Shown: positions 1-11,649 of the stretch, piece by piece | Layout: each line of letters begins with the position of its first letter | Position numbering within the stretch: the first letter of the stretch is position 1 | Assembly: GCF_006345805.1 (NCBI RefSeq) | Contig: NW_021824700.1 | Location: forward strand, 1 to 36,560 | DNA length: 36,560 nucleotides | Origin: Octopus sinensis | Lineage: Eukaryota | Direction of reading: 5' to 3' | The notes under the pieces: model-generated | Database searches by the model: none | Told to the model about the DNA's origin: nothing | Seen by the model: only the letters and a program-made list of their open reading frames with translations | Position numbers and translations under genes: made by a program

Positions 1-178
1 TCTGCTAATATGTTCTGAGTTCAAATTCCGCCGAGGTCGACTTTGCCTTTCATCCTTTCAGGATCGATTAAATAAGTACCAGTTACGCACTGGGGTCGAT
101 ATAATCAGCTTAATCCATTTGTCTGTCCTTGTTTGTCCCCTCTGTGTGTTGCCCCTTGTGGGCAGTAAAGAAATAAGA
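1..178 (+). mobile_element. SINE family A copy, 5' part cut by window edge
   Basis: B-box-like gagttcaaattcc followed by gaggtcgactttgcctttcatcc...aaataagtaccag...ctggggtcgat; the same body recurs about 10 times in the window. Confidence 0.8.
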
Positions 179-854
179 AGTAAGCTAAAGTGTTAAAACT
201 TAGTGCACAGCATGCAGAGCAGAGTTCATGGTCAATCTGTGCCAAATAGCTTTGCTCTGTATGCTTAAGCCTCATAACTATGGCAACAGTTCAGGTACTT
301 ATTGATCAGACCACATATGAGCAACTGATCTGTATTCATTGACTGTGTTTCCCCCATCATGGGGCATTGGACTGAAGGTCCAAACTGACATACTTAGCGT
401 TTTATTCAGACCACATCTCTCCAGGTGGATAGGAACTGGAATTGAGTTATGAGCAGGATAGCCAGTATCATCCACAAAGTATGTGTATACGTAGTTATGT
501 ATGAATGAATGTATATATGTTTGTATGTGTTTGTATGCTGATGTATGTATATGTGCATGTGTATTTATGTATGTTGGTATTGTGCTTAAGTATATCTATG
601 TGTATGTATATATGTATGTATATATAAGCATACATTCTCTATTTGGTGCTCTTTCATTTATAGTTATCTAAAAGTCCAACACTGTTTTCTCATCAATTTT
701 GTATCATTCTGTCGGGTTTTTTTTTAAATGATAATCTCTTCTAATGTAAAGTATTTTATGATGCCATCATGGCATTTAAGGAGCCACCATCATTATCACC
801 ACCACCACTACCACCACTAGACAAAATGTTTATTGGTATTTCATCCATCTTTAT

Positions 855-1000
855 GTCATGAGTTCAACTTCTGCCAAGATCACCTTTACCTTTCACCCTT
901 TTAGGGTCAATGAAATAAGTACCACTTGAACACTGGGCTCGATGTAATTGATTAGTCCCCTCACCCCAGATTTCAGGCTTGTACTTACAGTAAAAAAGAT
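855..1000 (+). mobile_element. SINE family A, diverged copy
   Basis: gagttcaacttctgccaagatcacctttacctttcaccc...aaataagtaccac aligns to 15-110. Confidence 0.65.
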
Positions 1001-1029
1001 TACAAGGTCATTCATATCTAAGAGGCATT

Positions 1030-1195
1030 ATAGGAATATAAATCAACCCATTGACTGATTGGGACATTATTTCATTGACTACAGAAGAATGAGGGACATA
1101 GCTGAAATCAGTTGGATTTGAACTCAGAATATAAAGGGTTGTAACATTAATATACTGCTAGACATGTTGTCCAATGTTCTAATAGTTCAGCCAAT
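1030..1195 (-). mobile_element. SINE family A, old diverged copy
   Basis: ggatttgaactcagaat is the reverse complement of the family B-box region; flanks align loosely. Confidence 0.5.
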
Positions 1196-1367
1196 CGACA
1201 AAACAATGTCTTGAAAGAATAACTTGGTAGGACTCAAGGGAGATTAAGCTCTTTTCATTCTGAGCTCATATTTGACCATGGATCAAATTTACTTTTTTTA
1301 AACTCAAAAAAATTAAAAGAAATGGTTACAAAAGAAGGATTTTCTAACTATGTCATCACAAGGCACT

Positions 1368-1515
1368 GGAGTGGCTGTGTGGTAAGTGGCTTGCTTACCA
1401 ACCACATGGTTCTGGATTCATTCCCACTGTGTGGCACCTCGGCCGACCAAAGCCTTGTGGGTGGATTTGGTAGACAGAAACTGAAAGAAGCCCGTCATAT
1501 ATATGTATGTATATG

Positions 1516-1555
<40 letters not shown>

Positions 1556-1781
1556 TGTGTATGTGTGTGTGTTTGTGTTTGTGTATATGTTTGTGTGTCT
1601 TTGAGTGGACAAACGTGGTGTGTTTATGTCCCCGTAACTTAGTGGTTTGGCAAAAGAGACTAATAGAATAAGTACTAGGCTTCCAAAAATAAGTCCTGGG
1701 GTCGATTTGCTTGACTAAAGGCGGTGCTCCAGCATGGCCACAGTCAAATGACTGAAACAAGTAAAAAAGAGTAAAAGAGTA
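1368..1781 (+). mobile_element. Composite SINE family B (tRNA-like head, internal TA/TG microsatellite, conserved tail)
   Basis: Head ggagtggctgtgtggtaag...ggattcattccc; microsatellite ~1497-1600; tail cccgtaacttag...ggcggtgctccagcatggcc...gaaacaagtaaaa; homologous to 2911-3302, 23735-24185, 31818-32130. Confidence 0.8.
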
Positions 1782-2299
1782 GAAGAGTATCCCATCATAG
1801 GTAGTAAATTAGTACCAGTAATATACTGAGCTTGATTCAATAGACCTTTGAGCAGTCTAATGAGAGACAGTATTCTGCTTCCTCCTCTCCTGAAAATGTA
1901 TAAATGTAAGGAATCATCTTGTGATGACAAAGTTAGAAAATCCTTATTTTGCAACCATTTCTTTTAATTTTTTTGAGTTGAAAAAAAATTTTTTTATCAA
2001 GCTGAAAACTGTGCTCCAGTTGGGGCTTTATGGTGATCATTAAAACTAACTGAAGAATTAAGCTAGAGCACTTTGACATTGTTTTGGACTGAATGATAGA
2101 CAATGCTGCTGAAGATGTAAGTGAACTATAAATATTTCATCACTGTTGTCATAGTTACAGTCATTCTCAACAACAACAACAACTACAACAAAAATGATGG
2201 TAGCATCTGTTAAGAACTTCTCTATCAATTAAACATTAATATTTTAACCGAAGAGAGAAACAGCAGAATTGGTAGTGTATCAACCAAATTGCCTTGTGG

Positions 2300-2415
2300 T
2301 ATTTTGTTACGAAGCCATGTGTTCTTAATTCAAATCCCAACGAGGTTGCCTTTGCTTTTCATTCTTCCAGGGGTCAATCAATGATAAAATATGTACCATT
2401 TAATATACTGGGGCC
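2300..2415 (+). mobile_element. SINE family A partial copy
   Basis: ttcaaatcccaacgaggttgcctttgcttttcattc...gggtcaat...gtacc. Confidence 0.5.
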
Positions 2416-2423
2416 AACTTTAA

Positions 2424-2644
2424 CCCTTTCATTACTGTATTTATTTTGAGATGCTCTGTGCTTCTTTCAATTACTTTATATATAACAAAGAATTTAGTAA
2501 AATAACTTAGTTATCATTCGGCTAGTATTAAGAACATAAACTGTGACTAAGGTTTGGTGGAAGATTTTAGTTCAAAACTTTTGAAAACAAAACATTTGTA
2601 CTACAGAGCCAGAGCCGGTTTCAGCCGGGTTGGCAACGAAAGGG
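2424..2644. mobile_element. piggyBac-like MITE (221 bp)
   Basis: TTAA on both sides (2420-2423, 2645-2648); termini ccctttc...gaaaggg are inverted repeats. Confidence 0.75.
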
Positions 2645-2910
2645 TTAATGACTGTAACCATCCTTGAAATAACATGTCCCAATGTTATGAATCAATATTT
2701 TGAGTTGTTGTTGTTGTTGTTGTTGTTGTTTGTGCCCATGTCAACTCCAATAAAGCACATCTATTATCAAAGGCATTCCATTTATGACAATCTAGTCTTT
2801 TTAGACACACGTATAAACCAACTTTTCTGCATGTACTATCAATGATCATTTGGCATGATTTACTAAATAATCACTGAAAATACATACATACATGCATACA
2901 TATATATGTA

Positions 2911-3302
2911 TACTCTTTTACTCTCTTTTACTTGTTTCAGTCATTTGACTGTGGCCTTGCTGGAGCACCACCTTTAGTCGAGCAAACCAGCCCCAGGACT
3001 TATTCTTTGTAAGCCTAGTATTTATTCTATCGGTCTCTTTTGCCAAACCACTAAGTTACGGGGACGTAAACACATCAGCATCGGTTGTCAAGCGATGTTG
3101 GGGGACAAACACAGACACACACATATATATACATATATACGACAGGCTTCTTTCAGTTTCCGTCTACCAAATCCACTCACAAGGCTTTGGTCAGCCCAAG
3201 GCTATAGTAGAAGACACTTGCCCAAGGTGCCACGCAGTGGGACTGAACCTGGAACCATGTGGTTGGTAAGCAAGCTACTTATCACACAGTCACTCTTACG
3301 CC
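2911..3302 (-). mobile_element. Composite SINE family B
   Basis: Reverse complement of 1368-1781 with a shorter internal microsatellite. Confidence 0.8.
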
Positions 3303-4078
3303 TATGTATCTGTGTATATATAATTACATGTGTGTCTTTATATTTATATCCACACCTTCCACACCACTTGATAACTAGTGTTGCTTTGTTTACACCCTTG
3401 TAAACAAGGTCCCAAGCAGTGGGTCTGAACTCAAAACCATGTAATAGCAGAGTAGGCTTCTTAACTACACAACCATGAGGGTTGACAACAAGAAGGGCAT
3501 TTGGTTACAGAAAATTTCCCTCATGCCATTCCCCACCTTGTTCGAGTTTTTTTTTTTTATTGAAGAACAGTAAAGTGCAGTTTGAAGGAGATCTAACTGT
3601 TATTTCTAGCAAGCAGAGCAACCATACAATTAATTTAATCGACCATGCATGCTTCTGTCCCATCAAACTATGCAAAAATCTCACCCTGAATCCAAGAGAG
3701 TTCTCTTAATTCCAAATGGAAATCTCCACTTAAAAATACCATACAGTTCTATGATTTCTAGGCTATTTACATTTCCTTGTGTTCCGTCAAACCTCTAGCT
3801 ATGTCTGACATTGTGTTACCACGAGTTCCGTAGTTAGACTATTGCAACCAAATAAGAAGCAGTTCTGTGGTAGCTGATATCCAAGTCATGTCTTGTAATT
3901 TAAGATCACATCTGTATAGGTTTTCACTGAGATGGTTTAGTAGAGGTGGTGGTGGTGATGATGGTGATGGTGATGGTGATGGTGAGAGTGGTGAGTATGA
4001 AGATACCTGCCACTCTTTCCCTCTCTTCCTGCCTCTCTCTTTCTGGTTATTTTTTCTTTTCTGTTTCTCTTTTTCTTC

Positions 4079-4114
<36 letters not shown>

Positions 4115-4220
4115 TGTGTCTCATTTTTATTTCTCTTTCTCTATCATGACTACTAACTTTCTTTCCCTCAAGCATTGAATGTTTCTGGCTATTTATCATT
4201 CTATCTTTCTCTTCCTCCCT

Positions 4221-4277
<57 letters not shown>

Positions 4278-4486
4278 TATGTGAAATAGAAAGATGAATA
4301 ATCTTGTAGTAGATTAATCAAAAGTTTAACCGATACCTTAGTAGCAAAAATCACAGCAGTAAACAGCACGGTTGGAGGTACAACCATATGGTGTTGCAAC
4401 CGTGCGTTGGTGCGGATAATTGAAATTAAAATATTATTGGTGAATTGAAGAAATGGAGCTGAACGCAGATTGAACAGAAATCGTTT

Positions 4487-4580
4487 TATTTCATTCTACA
4501 CGTGTTTCGAAAGGCACAATTTCCCAAATCCGATTGAATAATGGGACCATATTGTGTCTTTCTCTTCAGGAAGAAAATAG
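4487..4580 (-). ncRNA. Type I hammerhead ribozyme, intact core
   Basis: Minus strand: uauuuucuuc-CUGAAGA-[GAAAG acacaau...auugug c CUUUC]-GAA-ACACGUGU-A-gaaugaaaua. Helix I pairs with one mismatch, helix III is palindromic, predicted GUA cleavage between 4497 and 4496. Confidence 0.8.
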
Positions 4581-4747
4581 GAAATCCGTTGGAAAACAAA
4601 AACAGAACAGAGGCGGAGCAAAAACAAATCGAATAGGCTCCTAAGAGCCCATGGTGAAACTCAGTTTCGCCATGGGCTCTTAGGAGCCTAGTTCGATTTG
4701 TTTTTGCTCCGCCTCTGTTCTGTTTTTGTTTTTTCCAACGGATTTCC

Positions 4748-4840
4748 TATTTTCTTCCTGAAGAGAAAGACACAATATGGTCCCATTATTCAATCGGATT
4801 TGGGAAATTGTGCCTTTCGAACACGTGTAGAATGAAATAA
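4748..4840 (+). ncRNA. Hammerhead copy with a defective core
   Basis: Mirror of 4487-4580 but reads cgAACacgtgta (4819-4822), one A missing from GAAAC. Confidence 0.6.
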
Positions 4841-4977
4841 AACAATTTCTGTTCAATCTGCGTTCAGCTCCATTTCTTCAATTCACCAATAATATATATA
4901 TATATAATATATATATATATACATATACATATATATATATATATATTTACATACATACACATACATACATACATATA

Positions 4978-5191
4978 TGCAGGGTGTCCCAGAAGTCGCG
5001 CACCATTCTGGTTTTCATTAAAAATTATTAAAGCAATTTATTTTATTATATATTTTCGGCATGTTTTATTGTAGAGGGTGCTCAGTTTGAGAATTTGTTA
5101 TGAATTAATTTCAATAACATGTTTTTGAAATCAGTAAGGGTGCATTCTTTTAAAAAACCACGCTGGTGCGCAACTTCTGGGACGACCTGCA
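4978..5191. mobile_element. Tc1/mariner-type MITE (214 bp)
   Basis: TIRs tgcagggtgtcccagaagtcgcgcacca / tggtgcgcaacttctgggacgacctgca; TA flanks. Confidence 0.8.
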
Positions 5192-5448
<257 letters not shown>

Positions 5449-5451
<3 letters not shown>

Positions 5452-5835
5452 GGTGCGGTGAATAAAATATTGTCTAAATTACACAAAAATGAAAATAACA
5501 CCGACATCTTATTTTAACAGATATATTTACCAAAATTACATAAAAATATCTTGAAATACTAAAGAGTAAATTTATTAAATAAAATCACCACTGGCTTCAA
5601 CCATGGCCTCCAGACGACTTCAGAATCTCCTGCAACTCTTCTGGATAGTCTCCTTGTTTAAGTTACTGAATGTTGCCATAATCCCTGCCTTCAGTTCATC
5701 TTTGGTGTTACAAGGAGTTTTGTTGGTTTCTTGCTCAACTGTGCACCACAAATAATAACCAAGGGGGTTACAACCTGGGGAGTTAGGTGGCCAGATGTTA
5801 GGAGCGATGTGGTCATAGAAATTGTCCCTGATGAG
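5449..5835 (-). mobile_element. 3' end of a Tc1/mariner-superfamily transposon (maT/DD37D-like), decayed transposase C-terminus
   Basis: Minus frame DNFYDHIAPNIWPPNSPGCNPLGYYLWCTVEQETNK...KSCRRF*SRLEAMVEASGDFI* resembles WPPNSPDLNPLDY; terminus TA|cagggtg at 5449. Confidence 0.8.
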
Positions 5836-6107
5836 ATTGATATATTATTCCACATTATTCTTCCTCTCAAATTAATTTTAATGTATGGTGATATAAATGA
5901 TTTAAATAACATCTTGTGCATTTGTCTCCATTTTCCATAACTCTTATGTTCTCCAAAACAAGTCTCACTTCTCCTTGGAATTATTACCCATGCAATTTTG
6001 GGTACTAATTTCTTAGACACTTATGTGACATTTGGTTACCCTGGATCTTTCCTGTAAATTAAACATATAAAGCGAACTTTGCAACTTTGCACCATTACAA
6101 ATATAGT

Positions 6108-6275
6108 TGCTCTCCATGGCGTTAGAAAGGGCATCCAACTGTAGAAACCCTGCCAGATCAAGATTGGAGCCTGGTGCAGCCATCTGGTTCGCCAGTCCTC
6201 AGTCAAATCGTCCAACCCATGCTAGCATGGAAAGCGGACGTTAAACAATGATGATGATGATGATGGTGATGATGA
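6108..6275 (+). mobile_element. SINE family C 3' part with (GAT)n tail
   Basis: gaaagggcatccaactgtagaaacc...aacccatgctagcatggaaagcggacgttaaac(gat)n; homologous to the reverse complement of 15722-15900. Confidence 0.7.
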
Positions 6276-6640
6276 CTAATAGAATGACAATGCAAAAGAA
6301 AAGACATGTATGTGGAAATATGCAAATTAGTGTAAATGAATCGGAGTGGAAATACAGCCAAGTGGTTATAGTCATTAAAAGAAATATTCACAATAAGAGG
6401 AAAAAAATTTATTTGAATTTTGATACAGAGCAGCCAAATATATTTATTCAACTCATTAAAGCATTGAAAAAAATGTCTGTGGTATTTGTTTCAGTTCAGT
6501 GTATTCTGGGTTCAAATGCCACTGAAGCCATTCATCTTTTCAGAGTCAATACAATAAAATACCAGCCCAGTGCTGAAGCTTATTTCTCTCTCTCTCTCTA
6601 TCTGTCTGTCTGTCTCTGTCTCTCTCTCTCTGTCTCTCTC

Positions 6641-6697
<57 letters not shown>

Positions 6698-6955
6698 GAA
6701 CTGGATGTATTCTGCCTTGTTATTTATTGTCTTTCATCCAGTCGAAACTTTAGATTAAAAAGGAGGGATGAGCAAAAACCTAGCAAAATCTTGTGAGAAA
6801 AAAAAACAGGAGGAGGTGGAGAAACAGCAGCAGCAGCAAAAGGAGGCTAGCTATAGAAAATGTTCGAAAAAGAAGCCAATGTGAACCTTTGCCGCCAGGG
6901 TAACCACTAATGAATTGATGTTTGGTGCAACATGGAGTGAAGGACTAATTATGTA

Positions 6956-7282
6956 CAGAGACCCCACTTCGGTCATGAATGACCATGGGATTGCACCTAG
7001 AAAGTTACCCTCCAAGGGACAAGTCAAGGCAAGGTTCTTTATGGAAGACCAGCAGTCGCCCATGCATACCAGCCTCCCCTCTACATGCTGCCAGTGTCAT
7101 CCAAGGGAAAGGCAAAGGGGCCGATACAGCTTGGTACCTATGACGTTGCAACTCATTTCTACAGCTGAGTGAACTGGAGTGTCTTGCTCAAGAACACAAC
7201 ACGCAGCCCGGTCCGGGAATCGAACTTACAACCTCACAATCATAAGCTCGAAGCTCTAACCACTGAGCCATGCGCCTTCACT
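6956..7282 (-). mobile_element. tRNA-derived SINE family D, full length with TSD
   Basis: Minus head tgaaggcgcatggctcagtggttagagc...gttcgattcccgg (A and B boxes); TSD actaattatgta (6944-6955) / actaatgatgta (7283-7294). Confidence 0.85.
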
Positions 7283-7324
7283 ACTAATGATGTATTGATA
7301 TTGATATACAAGTGAAATGTAGTG

Positions 7325-7540
7325 AGCTGGCAGAATCATTAGCATGCCAGGCAAAATGCTCAGCAGCATTTTATCTGTCTTTATGTTCTGAGTTCAAATT
7401 CCACCAAGGTCAAATTTGCCTTTCATCCTTTTTTTTTATGTGATGTGGGGGTCAATAAAATAAGTATCAGCTGAGCACTGGGGTCAATTTAATTGATTTA
7501 ACCCCTCCCCTCAAATTGCTGGCCTTGTACCAGTTCTAGC
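7325..7540 (+). mobile_element. SINE family A, near full length
   Basis: gagctggcagaatc...gttctgagttcaaattcc...aaataagtatcag...ctggggtcaat. Confidence 0.75.
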
Positions 7541-7796
7541 ATCATTCCTTCATAGTCAGCATATCAACTTTTCAGCCCACCCTTGTAAAATAGTTTCCAG
7601 TTTTTTCAACTTGTTCAAACACTATAGCAAAAAAAGAAGTATATGAAGGCAAACTCTATTTTGTTTTCTCATTAATGAAAAGTTGAGGTGCCAAGAACTT
7701 TACACTAATATTTTTTTGGAGGTTGTTGGGTGCCTGGTTTTTATGAGCTTGAGTTCTTCTGCACTATCTCACAGACACAACATTGCTCTCTCTCTC

Positions 7797-7836
<40 letters not shown>

Positions 7837-7839
7837 CTC

Positions 7840-7878
<39 letters not shown>

Positions 7879-8041
7879 ACATATATACATGTGTGAGTTT
7901 GTGTGTATTTTTGTGTGTGCACATGCATCTGTGTGTGTATATATGTATATATATATATATATGTATATATACACATGTACGCGCACACACACACTCACAC
8001 ACACATGCACGCTCACAAATGCACACACACACACATACACA

Positions 8042-8620
8042 CAGACATGCAGGAAGTAAATAGACACCTTTAATATTCAAAATTTCTGATCTAAGCATTT
8101 TAATATGTTTTCAGCAGTGTAGAATTTACAATGTAATTATTCTTTTTCATTCCAGGTGCCATTATATTAAACACCTGGCGAAGAGTAACCAAGCCATGCA
8201 CAAAAAATTCAGCAGAACTGTCAGATTTTCAAAGAGGTCACATTGTTGGGCAATCTGAGGCTGGCCTTAGCCAGCAAAAAATTGCCAAAAATCTTCAAAT
8301 TCCTCTTTCTTCTGTTAATAGAATTATAGTACAATTCAAAAGCCAAGGAAAAGAATCAACAGATTCTTGTTCTGGCCGACCTGGGCCCTCAGAAAGGAAG
8401 CATCACTGTTTGAAGAGCATTGTGGAAAACGAACCCTGTTCGAATGCTTCTGACATTGCAAAACAGCTAGAAGTTAGTCCAAGAATGTGTGTTACATATC
8501 TGCATAAGCTTGGGTATTTATTATGAACAAGCAGCTAGAAGAAAATCTCTCCTTCAACCAATTAATATCAAATAAAAGATTCTGAAAATTAAAGGTGTCT
8601 ATTTACTTCCTGCGTGTCTG
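8042..8620 (+). mobile_element. Internally deleted Tc1 element retaining the N-terminal DNA-binding region
   Basis: 33-bp TIRs (8042-8074, 8588-8620, one mismatch), TA after the right TIR; frame 8212-8523 [13 protein letters not shown]...[16 protein letters not shown]...SGRPG...[10 protein letters not shown]...YLHKLGY; frameshift after ATG 8196; no DDE domain. Confidence 0.85.
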
Positions 8621-8633
8621 TATATATATATAT

Positions 8634-8664
<31 letters not shown>

Positions 8665-8666
<2 letters not shown>

Positions 8667-9000
8667 CTCTCTTTACTCTTTTACTTGTTTCAGTCATTTG
8701 ACTGTGGCCATGCTGGAGCACTACCTTTAGTCAAGCAAATCTGTTTCTTTATTACCCACAAGGGGCTAAACATAGAGGGGACAAACAAGGACAGACAAAC
8801 GAATTAAGTCGATTACATCGATCCCAGTGCATAACTGGTACTTATTTAATCGACCCCGAAAGGATGAAAGGCAAAGTCGACCTCGGCGGAATTTGAACTC
8901 AGAACGTAACGGCAGACGTAATACGGCTACGCATTTCGCCCGGCGTGTGAACGTTTCTGCCAGGACTTATTCTTTGGAAGCACAGTACTTATTCTATCGC
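8665..9000 (-). mobile_element. Family B SINE tail interrupted by a family A-like SINE (~8736-8960)
   Basis: Tail stops at agtcaagcaaatc and resumes at caggacttattc; the intervening sequence contains ggcggaatttgaactcagaac. Confidence 0.7.
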
Positions 9001-9163
9001 TCCCTTTTGCATGTTTTCTTTCTTTCTGGTTAATAGGAAGGAGTTGTGTGAACTGATTTGTATATGATTAGCATGTTAGATCACCACCAAAAATGTAATC
9101 AGTGCAAGTGAGGGTTAAATGTGGTGAGATTAGTTAGAGGGTTGGAATGGCTGAATCATTTAA

Positions 9164-9445
9164 ACCTTTAGCATTCAAGTTATTTTGCTGTCAAGTGTAA
9201 TGCTTATTTATTCACTCTGTTTTGAAGAAATTATGCATTTTCCCATTGCTTTAAGTTTTTGATGATGTGATTGTTTACAATGACGTTGTTGGAAAGGTGT
9301 GAGAGACTGAATCTAGCTGATTTGAACACAATAGAAATAGGATATTTGGACCAGATCTGGCCAGTTTGAACATAAAACAGAATATTTCAGCCAAATCTGG
9401 CCAGTTTGAGTATAAAAAATGTAGAATATTTGGGCTAAATCTGAC
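9164..9445. mobile_element. Partial piggyBac-like MITE with internal ~40-bp repeats
   Basis: TTAA|acctttagcattc start; repeats of gaatatttg...tctggccagtttga; homologous to ~20915-21112. Confidence 0.55.
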
Positions 9446-9448
9446 TGT

Positions 9449-9588
9449 GTAGTTTTTATGTACATGCCAAATTAACCCTTAGCTAGGGCCCTGGAAAATG
9501 CTACTACTTTGGGTCTAAGCAGACCTGAGAATAACAGTGGCTAAGAGATGGTTCCACACTCTTCAAAACCCTGGAATTCCTGAACCAG
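9449..9588 (+). repeat. 140-bp direct duplication, copy 1 (copy 2 at 11508-11647)
   Basis: 5 substitutions in 140 bp by manual alignment. Confidence 0.9.
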
Positions 9589-9692
9589 GGCCCTACTACT
9601 AAATGATAGTTAGAGTCATGTTAATACAGACATACATATACATACATACATGCATGTATGTATGCATACATACATACATACATACATACATA

Positions 9693-10075
9693 AGGGCACT
9701 CCGTTGCTTACGACGATGAGGGTTCCAGTTGATCCGATCGATGGAACAGCCTGCTTGTGAAATTAATGTGCAAGTGGCTGAGCACTCCACAGACACGTGT
9801 ACCCTTAACGAAGTACTCGGGGATATTCAGCATGACACAGAGTGTGACAAGGCTGGCCCTTTGAATTACAGGTACAACAGAAAACAGGAAGAAAGAGTGA
9901 GAGAAAGTTGTCGTAAAAGAGTACAGCAGAGTTCGCCACCATCCCCTGCCGGAGCCTCGTGGAGCTTTAGGTGTTTTCGCTCAATAAACACTCACAACAC
10001 CCAGTCTGGAAATCGAAACCACAATCCTATGACCAAGAGTCTACTGCCCTAACCACTGGGCCATTGTGCATCCAC
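9693..10075 (-). mobile_element. tRNA-derived SINE family E
   Basis: Minus head tggatgcacaatggcccagtggttagggc...ggtttcgatttccag; tail shared with 16720-16895. Confidence 0.8.
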
Positions 10076-10109
10076 AGCATACATACATACATACATACAT
10101 GCTAAAGGA

Positions 10110-10300
10110 TCAAACAGAAAAAATTGCTTTGCAGTATTTGCTATGATTCTATACTTTCTGAGTTCAAATCTCACAGAGGTCGACTTTACCTTTCATCCCT
10201 CCTGCATCAATATAATAAAGTACAAGCCAAATACTTGGGACAGTGGCATTATCTAATCCCTCTCCTCAAAATTGCTAACTTTGTGTCTGAATTAGAAACA
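10110..10300 (+). mobile_element. SINE family A, diverged copy
   Basis: ttctgagttcaaatctcacagaggtcgactttacctttcatcc. Confidence 0.65.
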
Positions 10301-10884
10301 GTTATTAGATGCTGTGCATCATGGTCAAGGCTGACCAGTTGAGTAATCTCTCTGAAGGCTGTTAACTACTTTGGCTATTAATTCCAGATACCACAAGTAA
10401 GTTACAATAAAATGTTGTCATGTAAAGACTTTAATTATGGACGAAACTTGCAGCACAAACTTGACCTGCTGAGAGCTGAAAGTACACGAATATTGTTGAA
10501 ATAGATGTGCTTTTAAACAGATTGATTCAACAGAGAATTTCTAAAAATACTCTTATATGGTTATGTCAATATATATTGTAGGATATGGCTTTGTTATCAC
10601 TTCTTTTTATTCATATTCATGTAATCTTAAGTTCAAGTGTCTGTTTCTTGTATCTTCTCTGTATATCAATGACAATTTGGTACATATTCTATGAAAATCA
10701 AAAAGAGTTTGATAATATTTGACAACGCTGCTTACACATGTATATTGACAAATATGAATGAATTACTGAGGCAACTTGTTAAACCAATCTTATTTCATTT
10801 TATTTCTTGCTCACCATTTCTAAGAATTTGCTTTTACTGGCAAAAGAAAAAAAAAATCAACAAGAAAAAAGCAAGCAAATATAC

Positions 10885-10930
10885 ATACATGCAAATATAC
10901 ATACATGCAAACCATACATACATACATACA

Positions 10931-10964
<34 letters not shown>

Positions 10965-10975
10965 CAAACATACAT

Positions 10976-11015
<40 letters not shown>

Positions 11016-11019
11016 ACAT

Positions 11020-11056
<37 letters not shown>

Positions 11057-11116
11057 TACATACATACATACATACATACATACATACATACATACATACA
11101 TACATACATACATACA
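10885..11116. repeat. (TACA)n/(CA)n microsatellite
   Basis: Direct reading; source of the overlapping YIHT/MYVC ORFs. Confidence 0.95.
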
Positions 11117-11507
11117 TGGTGATCGCTCCATCTTCACAGATAATTGCTGTCTCTTTGTGTTACCTCACTGTCAATAGCATTTCTGACTTTCCTTTCATGA
11201 CCTTTCAGATAAACTGTTCAGACCTACTGCTTTGTAACTGTGCTTCCAAATGGTTAGGTCTGCACTTGTCACCACTCTTCTCACATCATAGGACTTTCAG
11301 TTGGTAGATGGAAAGATAATAATGATAAATGACGTCAACCTACAGAGATGTCTATACATCACTGAATTATAGTAATAAATGCTTGTTCACCATGAATGAC
11401 AGGCCAAAGTGAGATAACCAGTAACTACATGAAACTGCAGGTTTTACATCAGAGTGTCCCTCTCCAAGTAGGATGCTCTAACAATAGATAGGGGTCTCTC
11501 ACTCCCG

Positions 11508-11647
11508 GTAGTTTTTATTTACATGCCAAATTAACCTTTAGCTAGGGCCCTGGAAAATGCTACTACTTTGGGTCTAAGTAGACCTGAGAATAACAGTGGC
11601 TAAGTGGTGGTTCCACACTCTTCAAAACCCTGGAATTCCTGAACCAG
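11508..11647 (+). repeat. 140-bp direct duplication, copy 2, abutting the 5' end of the LINE remnant
   Basis: Aligns to 9449-9588. Confidence 0.9.
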
Positions 11648-11649
11648 TT

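Larger units (their letters stand above)
4278..4895 (-). mobile_element. Foldback element, probable Penelope-like pseudo-LTR with inverted partial copy
   Basis: Arms 4431-4660 and 4664-4895 are reverse complements with about 5 differences and a 3-nt loop (tca); the left arm extends ~150 bp further; (TA)n on both flanks; contains hammerhead motifs. Confidence 0.7.

Noticed and set aside
10388-10396. 9-nt microexon (ttccag|ATACCACAA|gtaagt)
   Set aside because: Splice-like signals alone occur by chance at this frequency; there are no neighbouring exons or expression data.
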